DNA of 64,000 bases, taken from positions 62,001 through 126,000 of IMG/VR virus record IMGVR_UViG_3300043219_000566; one strand, 5' to 3'. The notes below the pieces were generated by a model that was not told where the DNA came from, ran no database searches, and was given only the letters and a program-made list of their open reading frames with translations. Of the stretch, positions 43,672 to 53,970 are shown in pieces. A program made the position numbers and the translations under genes. Numbering within the stretch: the stretch's first letter is position 1; each line of letters opens with the position of its first letter.

Positions 43672-45498
43672 TCACGCCCCGTCGTAGATGGTGGCTACCA
43701 TGTTCACCACCGCTAGTTCTCCTGCGTAACTGTCGGAGTCCGAGCGCGTCACCCGGAACATCAACAACTGGTTGCTGCTGACTGGCACGTCTAAAGCCAG
43801 CTTGGCAAAGTAGTTACCGATATCCATCGCTCCGGCATCTTCCAGATCGAGCTGAGCCGCGGAAGAAAGCGAGGTCGGCAACGTCGGGAACGGGCTACCA
43901 GGATGCCCAGAAGACGACGACAACCCCACGAACTCCGTGTCGTTAATCAAGGCGTACTCGATAGTTACGCCCGCAGGCGGGGTACCCGCCGTCGGAGTAG
44001 CGAACCAGAGGTCCAGCTGCAACCGCGGCTGCGTCATCAAGACGTGCGGCACCCGCACCCGGCCGATGTAACTGGTCTCGCGGCCGCTGGGCAAACCGAC
44101 GTAGGGGAGAACCGACTGGTAAATGCTCTCAGACGCCCCAGAGAGCGCTACAAGGCCCACGTCGACCTTCCGCGACACTTGGGTCGGGTCGAGACCGTTA
44201 ATCGTCACAGACCCCGCAGAATAGCCGCCTGCGAGTATCTGTGACCCAGTCACGACCGCTAAACCGGTTCCGCGGATGCCTTCGACCATGTGACCGACCA
44301 GAAGATTCCCGTAACCGGTCACGTTCTTGACGACCTGCGAACCAGCCTGCCCGCCCGTACGATCCCAAGGCAGCTCGATGTCGAGGATGACCTTGCTCTG
44401 ACAGTAGCCCTCGGCGTCTGGAGACGCGCACCCGCTTACCACGAGCGGAGAGCCGTCGGCGGCCTTGATGCCCGTGACGGACGCCTGGGCGGTCTTGGAG
44501 ACCATCCGCGTGAACCAGAGCGTCAGACGCCGGTAGATCGACGCACACGGCGCGGGACGACCGGGCGCAGTGGTCCCGGACGAGGACGACGCGACCGGCG
44601 TGGACACTGAGCTGGAGATACAGGTGTCTTGCTCCCACGGAACGTCGGAATCGCAGCTGGTCATCCACCAGATACCGTTGCTGTCGATCAGAACGTGGTC
44701 CGGCGAGACCCCTGTGCCATTCAGATCCAGGTGAGCCCCGGACAGCGGCTGCGGGGGCCAGACGGCCGCAAGCAACGAGTTGCGGGTCCAGTTGTAGCCG
44801 AAGTACGCCCCGACCGGAGCTGTGTTGCCGAAGATCGGGTCAGCAGCCTCCAGCCAGCCCTCGCGCTCTGAGTCCCCGTGGACGATGTCGACTCGGCCGC
44901 TCTCCAGGCAGATCACCGTTCCGGCGGCTTCGGGCAGCAAGTCGAACTTGTAGTGAATGTGGTCTTCCAGCACCTCGCGGGGCGTCGGGTTGACGATCAA
45001 GCCGTCTTCGGTGACCTGCGCTACGTAGACCGCCGCTGCCGGGCGCGCTGATACCAGGCGGCCCTGGTCAACGGCGCTCAGCCAGTAGTGCCCCTCGGGC
45101 AGATCCGTGCCGCTGGCGTCCTGAACCGTCAGACCCTTGTACCGCCCGCGGATCAGGATATCGGCTGCCACGGCGCTCAGCTTGCGCGCTACGACGCCTA
45201 TCACGTAGCCCGAGTCTGCCAGCTTGAGCATGCCGTTGACGTCGTCGGTCGTGCTGGCGAGCGCGGGCTTGAACTGCTGGTCCGTTTCGTCGTAGTAGAC
45301 TGCCATATCGGCGCTGACTGCGGACGAGATCGCCTGGCTGAACAGGATCAACCCCTCGCCGATAGCCGAAGCGTCCAGGCGGTCCTTCAGATACTGCGTA
45401 CGCTCAGCAAGCTGCGTAACCGGCAGACCAACCGTCTGCTCGTTTACGTCATCGCCGTTGCGAATCATGCTGATGTTTTCACGCCAAGTCGATGCCAT
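43672..45498 (-). CDS. Tail fibre-like protein
   Basis: N-terminal GDDVNEQTVGLPVTQLAERTQYLK resembles myophage tail-fibre baseplate-attachment ends; follows the baseplate genes. Confidence 0.65.
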   Translation of the reverse strand: MASTWRENISMIRNGDDVNEQTVGLPVTQLAERTQYLKDRLDASAIGEGLILFSQAISSAVSADMAVYYDETDQQFKPALASTTDDVNGMLKLADSGYVIGVVARKLSAVAADILIRGRYKGLTVQDASGTDLPEGHYWLSAVDQGRLVSARPAAAVYVAQVTEDGLIVNPTPREVLEDHIHYKFDLLPEAAGTVICLESGRVDIVHGDSEREGWLEAADPIFGNTAPVGAYFGYNWTRNSLLAAVWPPQPLSGAHLDLNGTGVSPDHVLIDSNGIWWMTSCDSDVPWEQDTCISSSVSTPVASSSSGTTAPGRPAPCASIYRRLTLWFTRMVSKTAQASVTGIKAADGSPLVVSGCASPDAEGYCQSKVILDIELPWDRTGGQAGSQVVKNVTGYGNLLVGHMVEGIRGTGLAVVTGSQILAGGYSAGSVTINGLDPTQVSRKVDVGLVALSGASESIYQSVLPYVGLPSGRETSYIGRVRVPHVLMTQPRLQLDLWFATPTAGTPPAGVTIEYALINDTEFVGLSSSSGHPGSPFPTLPTSLSSAAQLDLEDAGAMDIGNYFAKLALDVPVSSNQLLMFRVTRSDSDSYAGELAVVNMVATIYDGA

Positions 45499-45509
45499 GG
45501 CTTATCTCA

Positions 45510-46109
45510 CTAGGTCCACGAGTGCGCGAAGATAACCGTCCACCGCAAACCGAAACCACCAGTAGCCGGTACAACCAGCGGGGCTCCCGGTGCCCAGGCG
45601 GCGTAGACCATGTCCTGGGTGTTGTCGTCCCAGTCCGGCGCGACGACCAGCGCCGCCATCTCGACGGCGTCGCCCGCGTTGAAAACCAGGCTGTTGGCCT
45701 CGCCGACATCCCCCGAAGCCGCGATCCCGGAGAAGACTATCTGGTTCGAGTTGTAGAGACCCGGATGCGCTACTTCCGTTGCGCTGGTAATGCCCTCACC
45801 CAGCCTTGTCCGAACGAAATCCAGCCCGGCCCCGAGATTGAGGAACTGAGCTGCCGTGATCTCGCGGCTGGCGACGCTGCGCCCGGTACCCGCTCCGCCG
45901 TCCTCGAACTGGAAGTACATCCCGTTGATGCCGACGCTCAACTCGCCGGACATGATCTTGCCCAACGCGTCGAAGCCTTCGTACTGCACCGTATTGTGCT
46001 CGCGCAGCAAAATGCGCTCACGACCGTGCTCGTCGATAGTGAACGCCTCGATCCGGCCGAGCACCAGTGGAGGTCGTGCGATCAAGTTCATAGCTGCATC
46101 CCTAATCAC
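45510..46109 (-). CDS. Baseplate/tail-associated protein
   Basis: Position after the baseplate wedge genes; HNTVQYEG motif. Confidence 0.6.
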   Translation of the reverse strand: MIRDAAMNLIARPPLVLGRIEAFTIDEHGRERILLREHNTVQYEGFDALGKIMSGELSVGINGMYFQFEDGGAGTGRSVASREITAAQFLNLGAGLDFVRTRLGEGITSATEVAHPGLYNSNQIVFSGIAASGDVGEANSLVFNAGDAVEMAALVVAPDWDDNTQDMVYAAWAPGAPLVVPATGGFGLRWTVIFAHSWT

Positions 46110-47934
46110 AATTCACTGCCGGATAGAAGACCGTCGGCTCCAGATCACCGAGGTATCCGTACAGCTCCGTAGCCGGGTCAATCACATCCTCGGTTGCCAA
46201 AGCATCCGCAACAGCCACCGCACACCCGGACGCGAACGATGACGATGACGACGACGTATTGTCGCCACACGCCGTTACGTCGGTGTGAACGCTGTCCGTT
46301 GTCTCAGCTTCAGCCTCTACCAGGAAGATGATTGCTTTGCCAGGCAGCAACGTGCTGCGCAGCAGCTCCAGCAATTCAAGTCCCAACGCGTCTTTACCGA
46401 AGCGCGTATAACGCAGGTATACCACAAGAGTGTTGTTGCGCAGAAAATGTTCGATGACCCAGCCCGCCGGGTTCACGTACGCCGGTGTGATTCCCAGCTG
46501 CTCCAGCCACGTCCGCCCGGCAGTAACGCCGTTGGCGTGTGCAGTAGACCAGAATAGAGCCACATCTTCGTCAGCGCCGTCCAACGGCACGACTTTCGCA
46601 TGCACCCGCCCGCCGCTGTCGACCGTCGCGGTATCGATGCTGCCAAGCTGGTTGCGGAAACCAAGCGATCCGTAGTAGCCGCTCCCGAGCAGCGCTCGGT
46701 TGATAGGCAAGGCCGTCAGCAACGGCATTTCGTTCACAGGCGGCTTGATCTTCGACGGTGAGCGTTGCCTGCTGTAGACCCGCTGCCGCGCGCCCGAAGA
46801 TGACGACGACTCGCCGGGAGTGTAGCGCGTTACGATTTGTCCCGTGTCGTCGACTCGAACTGCCTGTAGCAGCGCTACGATGTCGTCGTAATTGGCCAAG
46901 TCGAACACGCTGACCGTGTCGACCAGCGCTTGCCCCGCGTAAACCGTCTGTCCGATAGAGACGTTGGCCTGGCTCTGAGCCGGGTAGATGTAGCAGTGCT
47001 GATCGGTGCAGACGACGGTCTTGTAAGCGTAGCCCAAGACGCCCTCGACAACTTCCGAGGTCTCGCGCACCATCGGGATACCTACGATAGCAGCTAGTGC
47101 CCAATCGAGGTCCCGCGCACTCAACCCGCCCACGAATCCGTTCCATAGCGAGTTAATCAGATTCGCGTAGCTCTCCGAGCTGGCCAGCTTGCGCCGAATG
47201 ACGTAACCGTAATGCTCGTAGAGGTACTCCCAGTCCTCGTGCGAGTTGAACGCCCACAGCACAACCTCGCGGTCGGTGACGTTGCCACGGTCGTCCAAGA
47301 TGCTGGTCACGGTAAGTCGCGCGTCGTTGAACGGATCGTCCCGCAGATAGATCGAACCGTCTTCGACAAAAAAGTCGCTGCCGTTTACCCAAGCCAGCGT
47401 GGGATCGAGCATCCGGTTCAGAAGCACGCCGATGTGCTTGATATCTGTTAGATCCGCGGTGTGAAACTGATTGCCGACAGGGACGCCGTAGCGGTAGCTG
47501 CCGTCGTAGTACGCCCCGTCGCCGTACTTCAGCACCGCTGCCCGGCCAGTATCGATCTCGCTTTCCTTGATAACCAGCGCGTGCCAGATCCGGCGGTGAA
47601 AGATCGGGCACGAGAAACGACTAACGCAGGCGACAGCTTCCAGGTAGTCCAGATACGCCTGCAGAAATTGCTGCGAGTTGGCCCGCTCCAGCCCCAGCAG
47701 CTGCCCGCGATCCTCGAAGTGCCGCGACCAGAACGAACCCAGCGCCGCGACGATCGGCCAGCCAGTCGACATGTCTCCGCGGGGATGCTTCGGCAGAAAC
47801 GTGTTGCCCGACAGCGTGTACCCGGTCGGGGTCACCAGCAGAGTATCGTCCCTTTCCCGTGGAGGAAGCACAGTTTGCTCCTCGGGATCATGGGGGCCGT
47901 CCCACTGGAAAATGTCGTCGAGTGCGTCTCCCAT
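46102..47934 (-). CDS. Probable baseplate wedge protein
   Basis: Immediately downstream of baseplate J; 610 aa; Ser tracts. Confidence 0.6.
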   Translation of the reverse strand: MGDALDDIFQWDGPHDPEEQTVLPPRERDDTLLVTPTGYTLSGNTFLPKHPRGDMSTGWPIVAALGSFWSRHFEDRGQLLGLERANSQQFLQAYLDYLEAVACVSRFSCPIFHRRIWHALVIKESEIDTGRAAVLKYGDGAYYDGSYRYGVPVGNQFHTADLTDIKHIGVLLNRMLDPTLAWVNGSDFFVEDGSIYLRDDPFNDARLTVTSILDDRGNVTDREVVLWAFNSHEDWEYLYEHYGYVIRRKLASSESYANLINSLWNGFVGGLSARDLDWALAAIVGIPMVRETSEVVEGVLGYAYKTVVCTDQHCYIYPAQSQANVSIGQTVYAGQALVDTVSVFDLANYDDIVALLQAVRVDDTGQIVTRYTPGESSSSSGARQRVYSRQRSPSKIKPPVNEMPLLTALPINRALLGSGYYGSLGFRNQLGSIDTATVDSGGRVHAKVVPLDGADEDVALFWSTAHANGVTAGRTWLEQLGITPAYVNPAGWVIEHFLRNNTLVVYLRYTRFGKDALGLELLELLRSTLLPGKAIIFLVEAEAETTDSVHTDVTACGDNTSSSSSSFASGCAVAVADALATEDVIDPATELYGYLGDLEPTVFYPAVNCD

Positions 47935-49593
47935 TTATACCTCGGGCGTCTGCAGTTCGCTTACGCTGACGTCAACGTTACTGGTGCGCAGGAAAAAGCC
48001 GACGGTACGTGCCGATACCGAAGGATCACTTAGGTTGTCCGGTACACGTAACTCGTCGGTGCCGGTGATGTTTTGCGTCGTCCCGTCCGGCATGTAGATC
48101 GTGGCGACCAGCGTCAACGGCAAATCTAACACCGCGTCACTGGTTAATTGGCCTTGAGCAGCGTCGATAACTACCGAACCAGGCAAATGACCCACGTCGA
48201 AGCCCAACGCGTTCACCGCATTCACCACGGCGTTCTTGACCGCATCGGTATCTACCTCACCCGTGTTGCGAGCCTCGATCTTGATACCCACGCTGCATAT
48301 CGCCGGAATCGGCGCGCGAACCAGGTAGTCCGTCGCTGGGCCACGCCGGTCCCGGGCGTTGACGAAGTCCTGGATATCGGCGATCTCCGGCATCTTCAAC
48401 AAGTAAAGCTGATAGGTAGCAGTTTGCCCGGCTGTCAGCGTTGACTGCCCGTCCGTGAACTGCATCACCAGCGTGCGGTAGCGCGTGAAAGCCGCTTCGC
48501 TGGCAGTCTCCAGGTCCGGGACGAACTCGTCGCCGGTTTGAGTGGCGTTGTACGACCAGACCTTGCTGAGGATAGCCAGAGAATCGAGCAACGTCGGTTC
48601 GCTCTCGCCCTGCAACTGAAACGGCGTGGCTCCCGCGCGATAAACCGCCAGCGCATCGTAGACCCCGGCCGCCACATCCCGATCGAGCGCGATAGTCAGC
48701 GTCTTGACAGCCACATCCGTCATCGTGGCAGTAACGTTGACCAGCACGCGCTCCGGCGAAAGTGCCGTGCGAGCGTAGATGTCGGCTTTCCCACCCATGC
48801 TCATCTCGAACAAGTTGTGCTTGTCCCGCAGCATTTCGGAATCGGCGAAACCGATGATTGAAACAGCCGACAGGTCAGCAAAATTCTCGCGCAGCAAAGC
48901 CTCGATGTGCGAGCGTCCGCTCAAGACCCGCGGGGACAGTCCGCTCTGCGCCCGCGCAGCCAACGTGGCATTGTCCTCAGTGGCTCGTCCACCAGAGAAA
49001 TCACCTGCAGCGATCGCGTCCACCAGCCGCGGAATGGTTGCCGTAGTCGTGAAGCGCGTGCCTGCGGCGACGTTGTACTCGGTGCCCGTTGCTACAGCTT
49101 CCACATCGATCAGGAATTCGTAGTTGCCGTCATTGCGCGCCGTGATCAAGCGCGAGCCGGTGTTTATCACGTTGTTGGCAGCAGTCACGCCGACGAACGA
49201 CTGAGTCGCAGTGAACTCCAACCCGTTGGCAGTGAAGGTTGCGCCGGAGTCTACCGGCGTCACCACCTGGTCCGTGACGATGATCCTGATTTGCCCAGTT
49301 GCCTCAGCACCAGTGTCACGCGTAAGCAACAGATTGCTCAACACGGACGTCACGATATCGTCCGTCGCCAACGCCGGGTTCTGAGAGATGTCGTAGAGGC
49401 TCATGGACCGCCGCAGCTCGTCCATATTGGCTTCGTTGAGCGCGTGGAACATCGCCGCCGGACGGATCAGCAACTCGCGCAAAACCCGCCCGCGCGCCAG
49501 GTCCATGCTAGGGAACTCGTCCTGCAGCATCTGCACCAAGGCCAACTCGGCCTGAGTGACGTCCGCTTCGGTTAGATTCGACAAACTCAGCAT
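47935..49593 (-). CDS. Baseplate J-like protein
   Basis: TRDTGAEATGQI, VEAVATGTEYNV and FSGGRATEDNATLAAR are typical Baseplate_J motifs. Confidence 0.88.
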   Translation of the reverse strand: MLSLSNLTEADVTQAELALVQMLQDEFPSMDLARGRVLRELLIRPAAMFHALNEANMDELRRSMSLYDISQNPALATDDIVTSVLSNLLLTRDTGAEATGQIRIIVTDQVVTPVDSGATFTANGLEFTATQSFVGVTAANNVINTGSRLITARNDGNYEFLIDVEAVATGTEYNVAAGTRFTTTATIPRLVDAIAAGDFSGGRATEDNATLAARAQSGLSPRVLSGRSHIEALLRENFADLSAVSIIGFADSEMLRDKHNLFEMSMGGKADIYARTALSPERVLVNVTATMTDVAVKTLTIALDRDVAAGVYDALAVYRAGATPFQLQGESEPTLLDSLAILSKVWSYNATQTGDEFVPDLETASEAAFTRYRTLVMQFTDGQSTLTAGQTATYQLYLLKMPEIADIQDFVNARDRRGPATDYLVRAPIPAICSVGIKIEARNTGEVDTDAVKNAVVNAVNALGFDVGHLPGSVVIDAAQGQLTSDAVLDLPLTLVATIYMPDGTTQNITGTDELRVPDNLSDPSVSARTVGFFLRTSNVDVSVSELQTPEV

Positions 49594-49597
49594 AGTT

Positions 49598-50071
49598 CTA
49601 CCTGATCGCCAGTGTGACCGGAACGGTAATCTCGCGCGTCTCTCCGGCCAAGGTCTGTATCTGAATCACCAATGACAGTTGCGTCGGGTCCGGCGAAGCA
49701 AACGACACCAGCTCGATTTCGCTCAGCACTTCATCGTCACTGTCCTTGGTCTCCCGGTAGCGCTCTTGCTGCTCCAGGACAGCTTCAGCAGCTTCGCGGA
49801 ACGCCAATAGCACCTGGTTGTTGATCATGTTCGACAACCGGACTCGGGTGACGAAGCGCGAACCGAAGTCCGGGTCGTGTTCCCGGCTGCCTTTTTCCGT
49901 CAGAAACAACGTCAGAAACGTCTGCGCTGCTTTCTGGATGCCGGTAATCACGGCTCCGCCGTAGTCGGCTCCCCAACCCGTGGCAATCTGCCGCATGCCA
50001 GACACCTGCGCGCCTTGCATAGTAAACAGGTCGACGAATCGCCCAGTGTAATCAGTCGTTACCGTTGCCAT
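49598..50071 (-). CDS. gp25/GpW-like baseplate wedge protein
   Basis: ITGIQKAAQ...LTEKGSREHDPDFGS; adjacent to baseplate J. Confidence 0.82.
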   Translation of the reverse strand: MATVTTDYTGRFVDLFTMQGAQVSGMRQIATGWGADYGGAVITGIQKAAQTFLTLFLTEKGSREHDPDFGSRFVTRVRLSNMINNQVLLAFREAAEAVLEQQERYRETKDSDDEVLSEIELVSFASPDPTQLSLVIQIQTLAGETREITVPVTLAIR

Positions 50072-50549
50072 TACCACCACCGGAACCATTGCCGCCTGCT
50101 ACTCGGCTCAGTTGATATTCCACGTAAGTCAGCAGGCTCGACTGCACCATCCCGTGTACTGAGCCTCCGTGCCGCTTGGCTGTGGCCTCGTGAGCCAACC
50201 TTCGTATCCGCGTGCGGTGCCGCGCCAGGAAGTCACGCTCCAGTCCAGACAGCACGTCGCTCTGGTTGGACGCGAGCGCCAGGTCTTGCTTGATCGGCCC
50301 GTCGCCATCGTTACCACCTTCGCCGGTAATCGCCTGGACGTACGCTTCCTCGGCCTCGGAACGATCGAACAAGTCGTGGATGCCGTCGAAGTCGAATTTG
50401 CCGGGCTTGTCGCTTGCCGCAGCGCCCTCGGCTTTCTCCAACAGCATCCAGGGCAACTGGTCTTGCCCACGCAAGCCTTGGCCGACCAATTTACACTGCG
50501 CCTTCAGCTCATCCATGCGCTCTTGAAATCGCTTGATTACTGCTCCCAT
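50052..50549 (-). CDS. Hypothetical protein
   Basis: GGAGG RBS before ATG 50549. Confidence 0.7.
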   Translation of the reverse strand: MGAVIKRFQERMDELKAQCKLVGQGLRGQDQLPWMLLEKAEGAAASDKPGKFDFDGIHDLFDRSEAEEAYVQAITGEGGNDGDGPIKQDLALASNQSDVLSGLERDFLARHRTRIRRLAHEATAKRHGGSVHGMVQSSLLTYVEYQLSRVAGGNGSGGGNGNGND

Positions 50550-51286
50550 GCCGACACCTCCGTCCCGGCCAGCAACTTCTGCTGAATGCGCGCGGTACGC
50601 TGCGTAATCGCCGACGGGCTCATGTCCAGCCGCCGAGCGATCTCGACGTTCCGCAGCACCGGTTGCTCGTTGCGCCCCAGCTTCCAGTCGAGAATGCGTC
50701 GATCGATCGGAGCGAGATCGTGGTAGACATAGTTCAGCCAAATCTCCTGCGGGTCCACCTGGCTCACCACAGGATCGGGAAGCGAACTGCCTACGGGCGC
50801 GTCGAGACTGATCACCGGGTTGGCGTAAGCACGGATCTTGCCGAGGCGCGTGGGACTAAGCCCCATCCGGTCAGATAGCTCAGCATCGGAGGGATCACGA
50901 CCCAGTTCCTCGTACATTTGGCTCGAAGTGCGCTCCATGTCGTGCAATTGCCGCAGCCGTCGCTCGGACATCTTCATCGGCGTGACCGCCTGCTGCGTGT
51001 AGCGTCTCAAGGGCTGCAGCTGGAGCATGACGTGCGATTCCAGCTTGGTGCCGCGCGCCGCGTCGTAACCACGCACGGCTTTGATCGCCAGAGTCTTGGC
51101 TCGGCCACGAGTAATAGGAGAGATATTACCGCTCGCGTAGGTAGTCAACGCCGAGTCGATTGTCGGGCGCAAATGATCCAATACCCGACGTAGATTCGGC
51201 TGCGTGGGGCTAGCTGACCACACGCTGTACGGATCTTTGAGCTGATCCGGCGCTTTGACGAGATTGTCGGCTTTAGGCAACTTCAT
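50537..51286 (-). CDS. Sigma-70 family factor (FliA/SigF-like architecture)
   Basis: Region 2 AIKAVRGYDAARGTKLESH; region 3 ELGRDPSDAELSDRMGLS plus ISLDAP; region 4 EIARRLDMSPSAITQ. Confidence 0.8.
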   Translation of the reverse strand: MKLPKADNLVKAPDQLKDPYSVWSASPTQPNLRRVLDHLRPTIDSALTTYASGNISPITRGRAKTLAIKAVRGYDAARGTKLESHVMLQLQPLRRYTQQAVTPMKMSERRLRQLHDMERTSSQMYEELGRDPSDAELSDRMGLSPTRLGKIRAYANPVISLDAPVGSSLPDPVVSQVDPQEIWLNYVYHDLAPIDRRILDWKLGRNEQPVLRNVEIARRLDMSPSAITQRTARIQQKLLAGTEVSAWEQ

Positions 51287-53066
51287 GCTGACCCGGCTCA
51301 GGAACAAAGGTACTCGCGACCGACGCGGCATTCGCGCCGCCGCTAACCATTTGAAGGCGCTGAAGCACCGTACCGACCCAGCGCTCTCCAGCACTACTTT
51401 TGTACAGCGGATGACCGCTTGTGCCGTAGAGCTTTTCGCCCTCGCGACGAATGTGACTTAACGTCAAACTCGTCGACGCGCTGGCATTTACCGCGTCGAT
51501 CTGAAAGCGGACCGACGTCACCATCGCGTACAGATACCCGAAGTCAGCCGGGTCATCGTAGAGTTTACCGTCGATATCTTCGATCCTCACAATCGAGCCC
51601 GGCGCGATGTCGAAGCGCAGCTTGCCAGTCAGCTCCCCGGTACGCGGCAGAAACTGATGTACCCAGTACCACCACTTCGCGTAAGCGTCGCCCAGCCGCT
51701 TAGCCAGCGCCGCGTCTCGCTTCGGCTCGGCGTCCCTCGCCGCGGGCTCAGCAGTTTCGTCCTCGGCTTCCGGCCCCTCTTCGACGTCGCGCATCGAGTT
51801 ATTCATACCATCGATACTCAGCCGCGCGTTCAACGCGGCTTCCATCGACTTGTCCATCACCCAGTCCGGCGCTTCCACGAACTGCACCATGCCTCTGGCC
51901 GCGCGTGCGCGCACGTCGTCCGGTAGAGACTCGTCTTGATCGGCTAAGTAGCATCCCGAGCTGGTCAGGAATTCGTAATCCTGCACGACGTTCTCGTCCG
52001 CCGAACGCAGCGGGCATGAGAAGTGCCCGCTAACCGACACTCCGCGCCACACGCGGAACAGCGCTTCGCTCGGCTTGAACGTGTGATACTCGCTGGCCTT
52101 GATAGTAACGTGGCGCGGCGAGATCTCTCCCGCCAAACACGGCGAGATCGGCGCGCAGACCGCAGTGTCTACCGTTGGAACGATAGAGAACTGAAACAGG
52201 TGCGCTACCTCCAGTAACTTGTCCCACAGCGTCGAGGTGCCCAGCGAGCCGTTGTAAAGACGCTTAGAAGTAGCTTGCGAAATCGACCCACGTAGAGCTA
52301 AGTCTAGCGCCTCCACCATCTCCATCTTCGGTACGTCGACCAACGCGCTGATATCGAACGCCCCAGCCGCGCTGCCGTCGGCCAACCGGGGCAAAGCTGT
52401 ATCGTTCGTAGCACGACGATCCGTCCGCAGCTCCGGTGGCCCGCACGCTAGCTGAGTCAGGATCGAACCGCCGGTGCAGATCTCGACGAACTTGGGCTTG
52501 AGCGCCGCAATCCACAAGTCTTCGCCCATCTTCTTCAAAAGCGGGTCTTCAGGATCGCGTCCGCTACTAGCCAGGTTGCCAGTTACCGCGGGGAGTTTCA
52601 ATGCTACCGGCGCGCCGGTTACCACGTCGTCGCTAAGCGCGCTGCTGGCGTCCAGGTCGATCAGCCAGTGCGTAGCGTGTACCACGACGCTGATCGTGCC
52701 CAGCGAGCGAACCGTACTGGTTCCCGTTACCAGCCCATTGAAGACCTTGAACGGCGCGGTAGGCCAGCTCACCCCGGGCGCGAACTCGCCTTCCAGCTGC
52801 ACCCAGGCCTCGATGACTTTGAACTGCTTCAGGCTCTCGGCCAGCGCCCTGGCCCGCTGGACGTTTTCCTCGGATGCTTCATCAGCAGGCTTACCAACCG
52901 GGATGACCATCTGCGCCCACGGAAACGAGTTCAGCATGAACGAACCCTGAATCGCCGACAGTGGCAACTTCTCCGCAGCGGAATCATCGTCCTGGCCCAG
53001 TATCACGTAGCCCGTGACCCTGGTATGGACCGTAGTAGCTTCAGCTTGTCCCGTTACCGAAGGCAT
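51273..53066 (-). CDS. Baseplate hub (gp27/GpD/Mu gp44-like)
   Basis: C-terminal GKLRFDIAPGSIVRI...VTSVRFQI; position in the tail operon. Confidence 0.6.
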   Translation of the reverse strand: MPSVTGQAEATTVHTRVTGYVILGQDDDSAAEKLPLSAIQGSFMLNSFPWAQMVIPVGKPADEASEENVQRARALAESLKQFKVIEAWVQLEGEFAPGVSWPTAPFKVFNGLVTGTSTVRSLGTISVVVHATHWLIDLDASSALSDDVVTGAPVALKLPAVTGNLASSGRDPEDPLLKKMGEDLWIAALKPKFVEICTGGSILTQLACGPPELRTDRRATNDTALPRLADGSAAGAFDISALVDVPKMEMVEALDLALRGSISQATSKRLYNGSLGTSTLWDKLLEVAHLFQFSIVPTVDTAVCAPISPCLAGEISPRHVTIKASEYHTFKPSEALFRVWRGVSVSGHFSCPLRSADENVVQDYEFLTSSGCYLADQDESLPDDVRARAARGMVQFVEAPDWVMDKSMEAALNARLSIDGMNNSMRDVEEGPEAEDETAEPAARDAEPKRDAALAKRLGDAYAKWWYWVHQFLPRTGELTGKLRFDIAPGSIVRIEDIDGKLYDDPADFGYLYAMVTSVRFQIDAVNASASTSLTLSHIRREGEKLYGTSGHPLYKSSAGERWVGTVLQRLQMVSGGANAASVASTFVPEPGQHEVA

Positions 53067-53088
53067 CGTCAGATATCACTCTAGTTCG

Positions 53089-53970
53089 CTAAGCAGTTCC
53101 AATAGGCGACCGCTGCGACCCATTTCCCTGGGAGGAACCAGACGGGCTAGATAGCGTCGCCGCGCGGGCTCCTAGCGCAGAGCGCCAAATATCGTGGATG
53201 CGGCAGATCATCGCCAGCACTAGCCCAGCGACGCGATCCGGTAGCTGGCTCTGCCGCCACAGTCCGTATAACGTGAGATAGGGCTCCACCGCTTCCCGGC
53301 CGAATAACGTGTGCGCGTGTCCCTGCAACTGATCGCACGTCGCGATCTTGGCAGACAAATCCAGCACGGGACGAGCCAACGTCGACAACGTCATGGTACC
53401 AGTCCAGTCAGACGAAACCGCGCTGCCGAAAAACATCCGCAACTTCATATCGGTGTCGGGAAGCGCGATGTCTTTCGACAGATTCGCGCTCTCGTACACG
53501 TTGCGCTCCGTGATATTTTGCGTCCGCAAATTGGTGACCGTAACCACTCCGCTTGACCAGCTCAGGTGGTAGTTAACCGCCATGATGCCGACCTTCTCGT
53601 CGGCGGCTAGCGTGCCGAGAATGTCGACGGACTGCAAGTGAGTCAGCCCAGTAGCTACTGTCCAACTTAGCTGGTAAGCCGCATCAGCGAACGGGCCTGC
53701 AGCCATGGGGTCGTAGGTAATTCGACAATCTTCCGTCAGCAAATAACCACCGTAGTCGGTAGCGTGCACGACCCGCAGCAACCGGTCGATCACGAAATTG
53801 CGATAGGTATTATCCGGAGCAGTACCGAGCAGCGTCTCCCAGTAAGCTCGCAACCACACCGGTAACGACACAGCTCTGAACGGCTCGGGAATGTACTCTT
53901 CTCCCAGCGCGTGCAGCGATTGCCCACCACCCGAGCGGTTCAACAGCAACGTGCGTGAGTGGTTAACCAT
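53089..53970 (-). CDS. Hypothetical baseplate-region protein
   Basis: AGGAG RBS before ATG 53970. Confidence 0.7.
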   Translation of the reverse strand: MVNHSRTLLLNRSGGGQSLHALGEEYIPEPFRAVSLPVWLRAYWETLLGTAPDNTYRNFVIDRLLRVVHATDYGGYLLTEDCRITYDPMAAGPFADAAYQLSWTVATGLTHLQSVDILGTLAADEKVGIMAVNYHLSWSSGVVTVTNLRTQNITERNVYESANLSKDIALPDTDMKLRMFFGSAVSSDWTGTMTLSTLARPVLDLSAKIATCDQLQGHAHTLFGREAVEPYLTLYGLWRQSQLPDRVAGLVLAMICRIHDIWRSALGARAATLSSPSGSSQGNGSQRSPIGTA

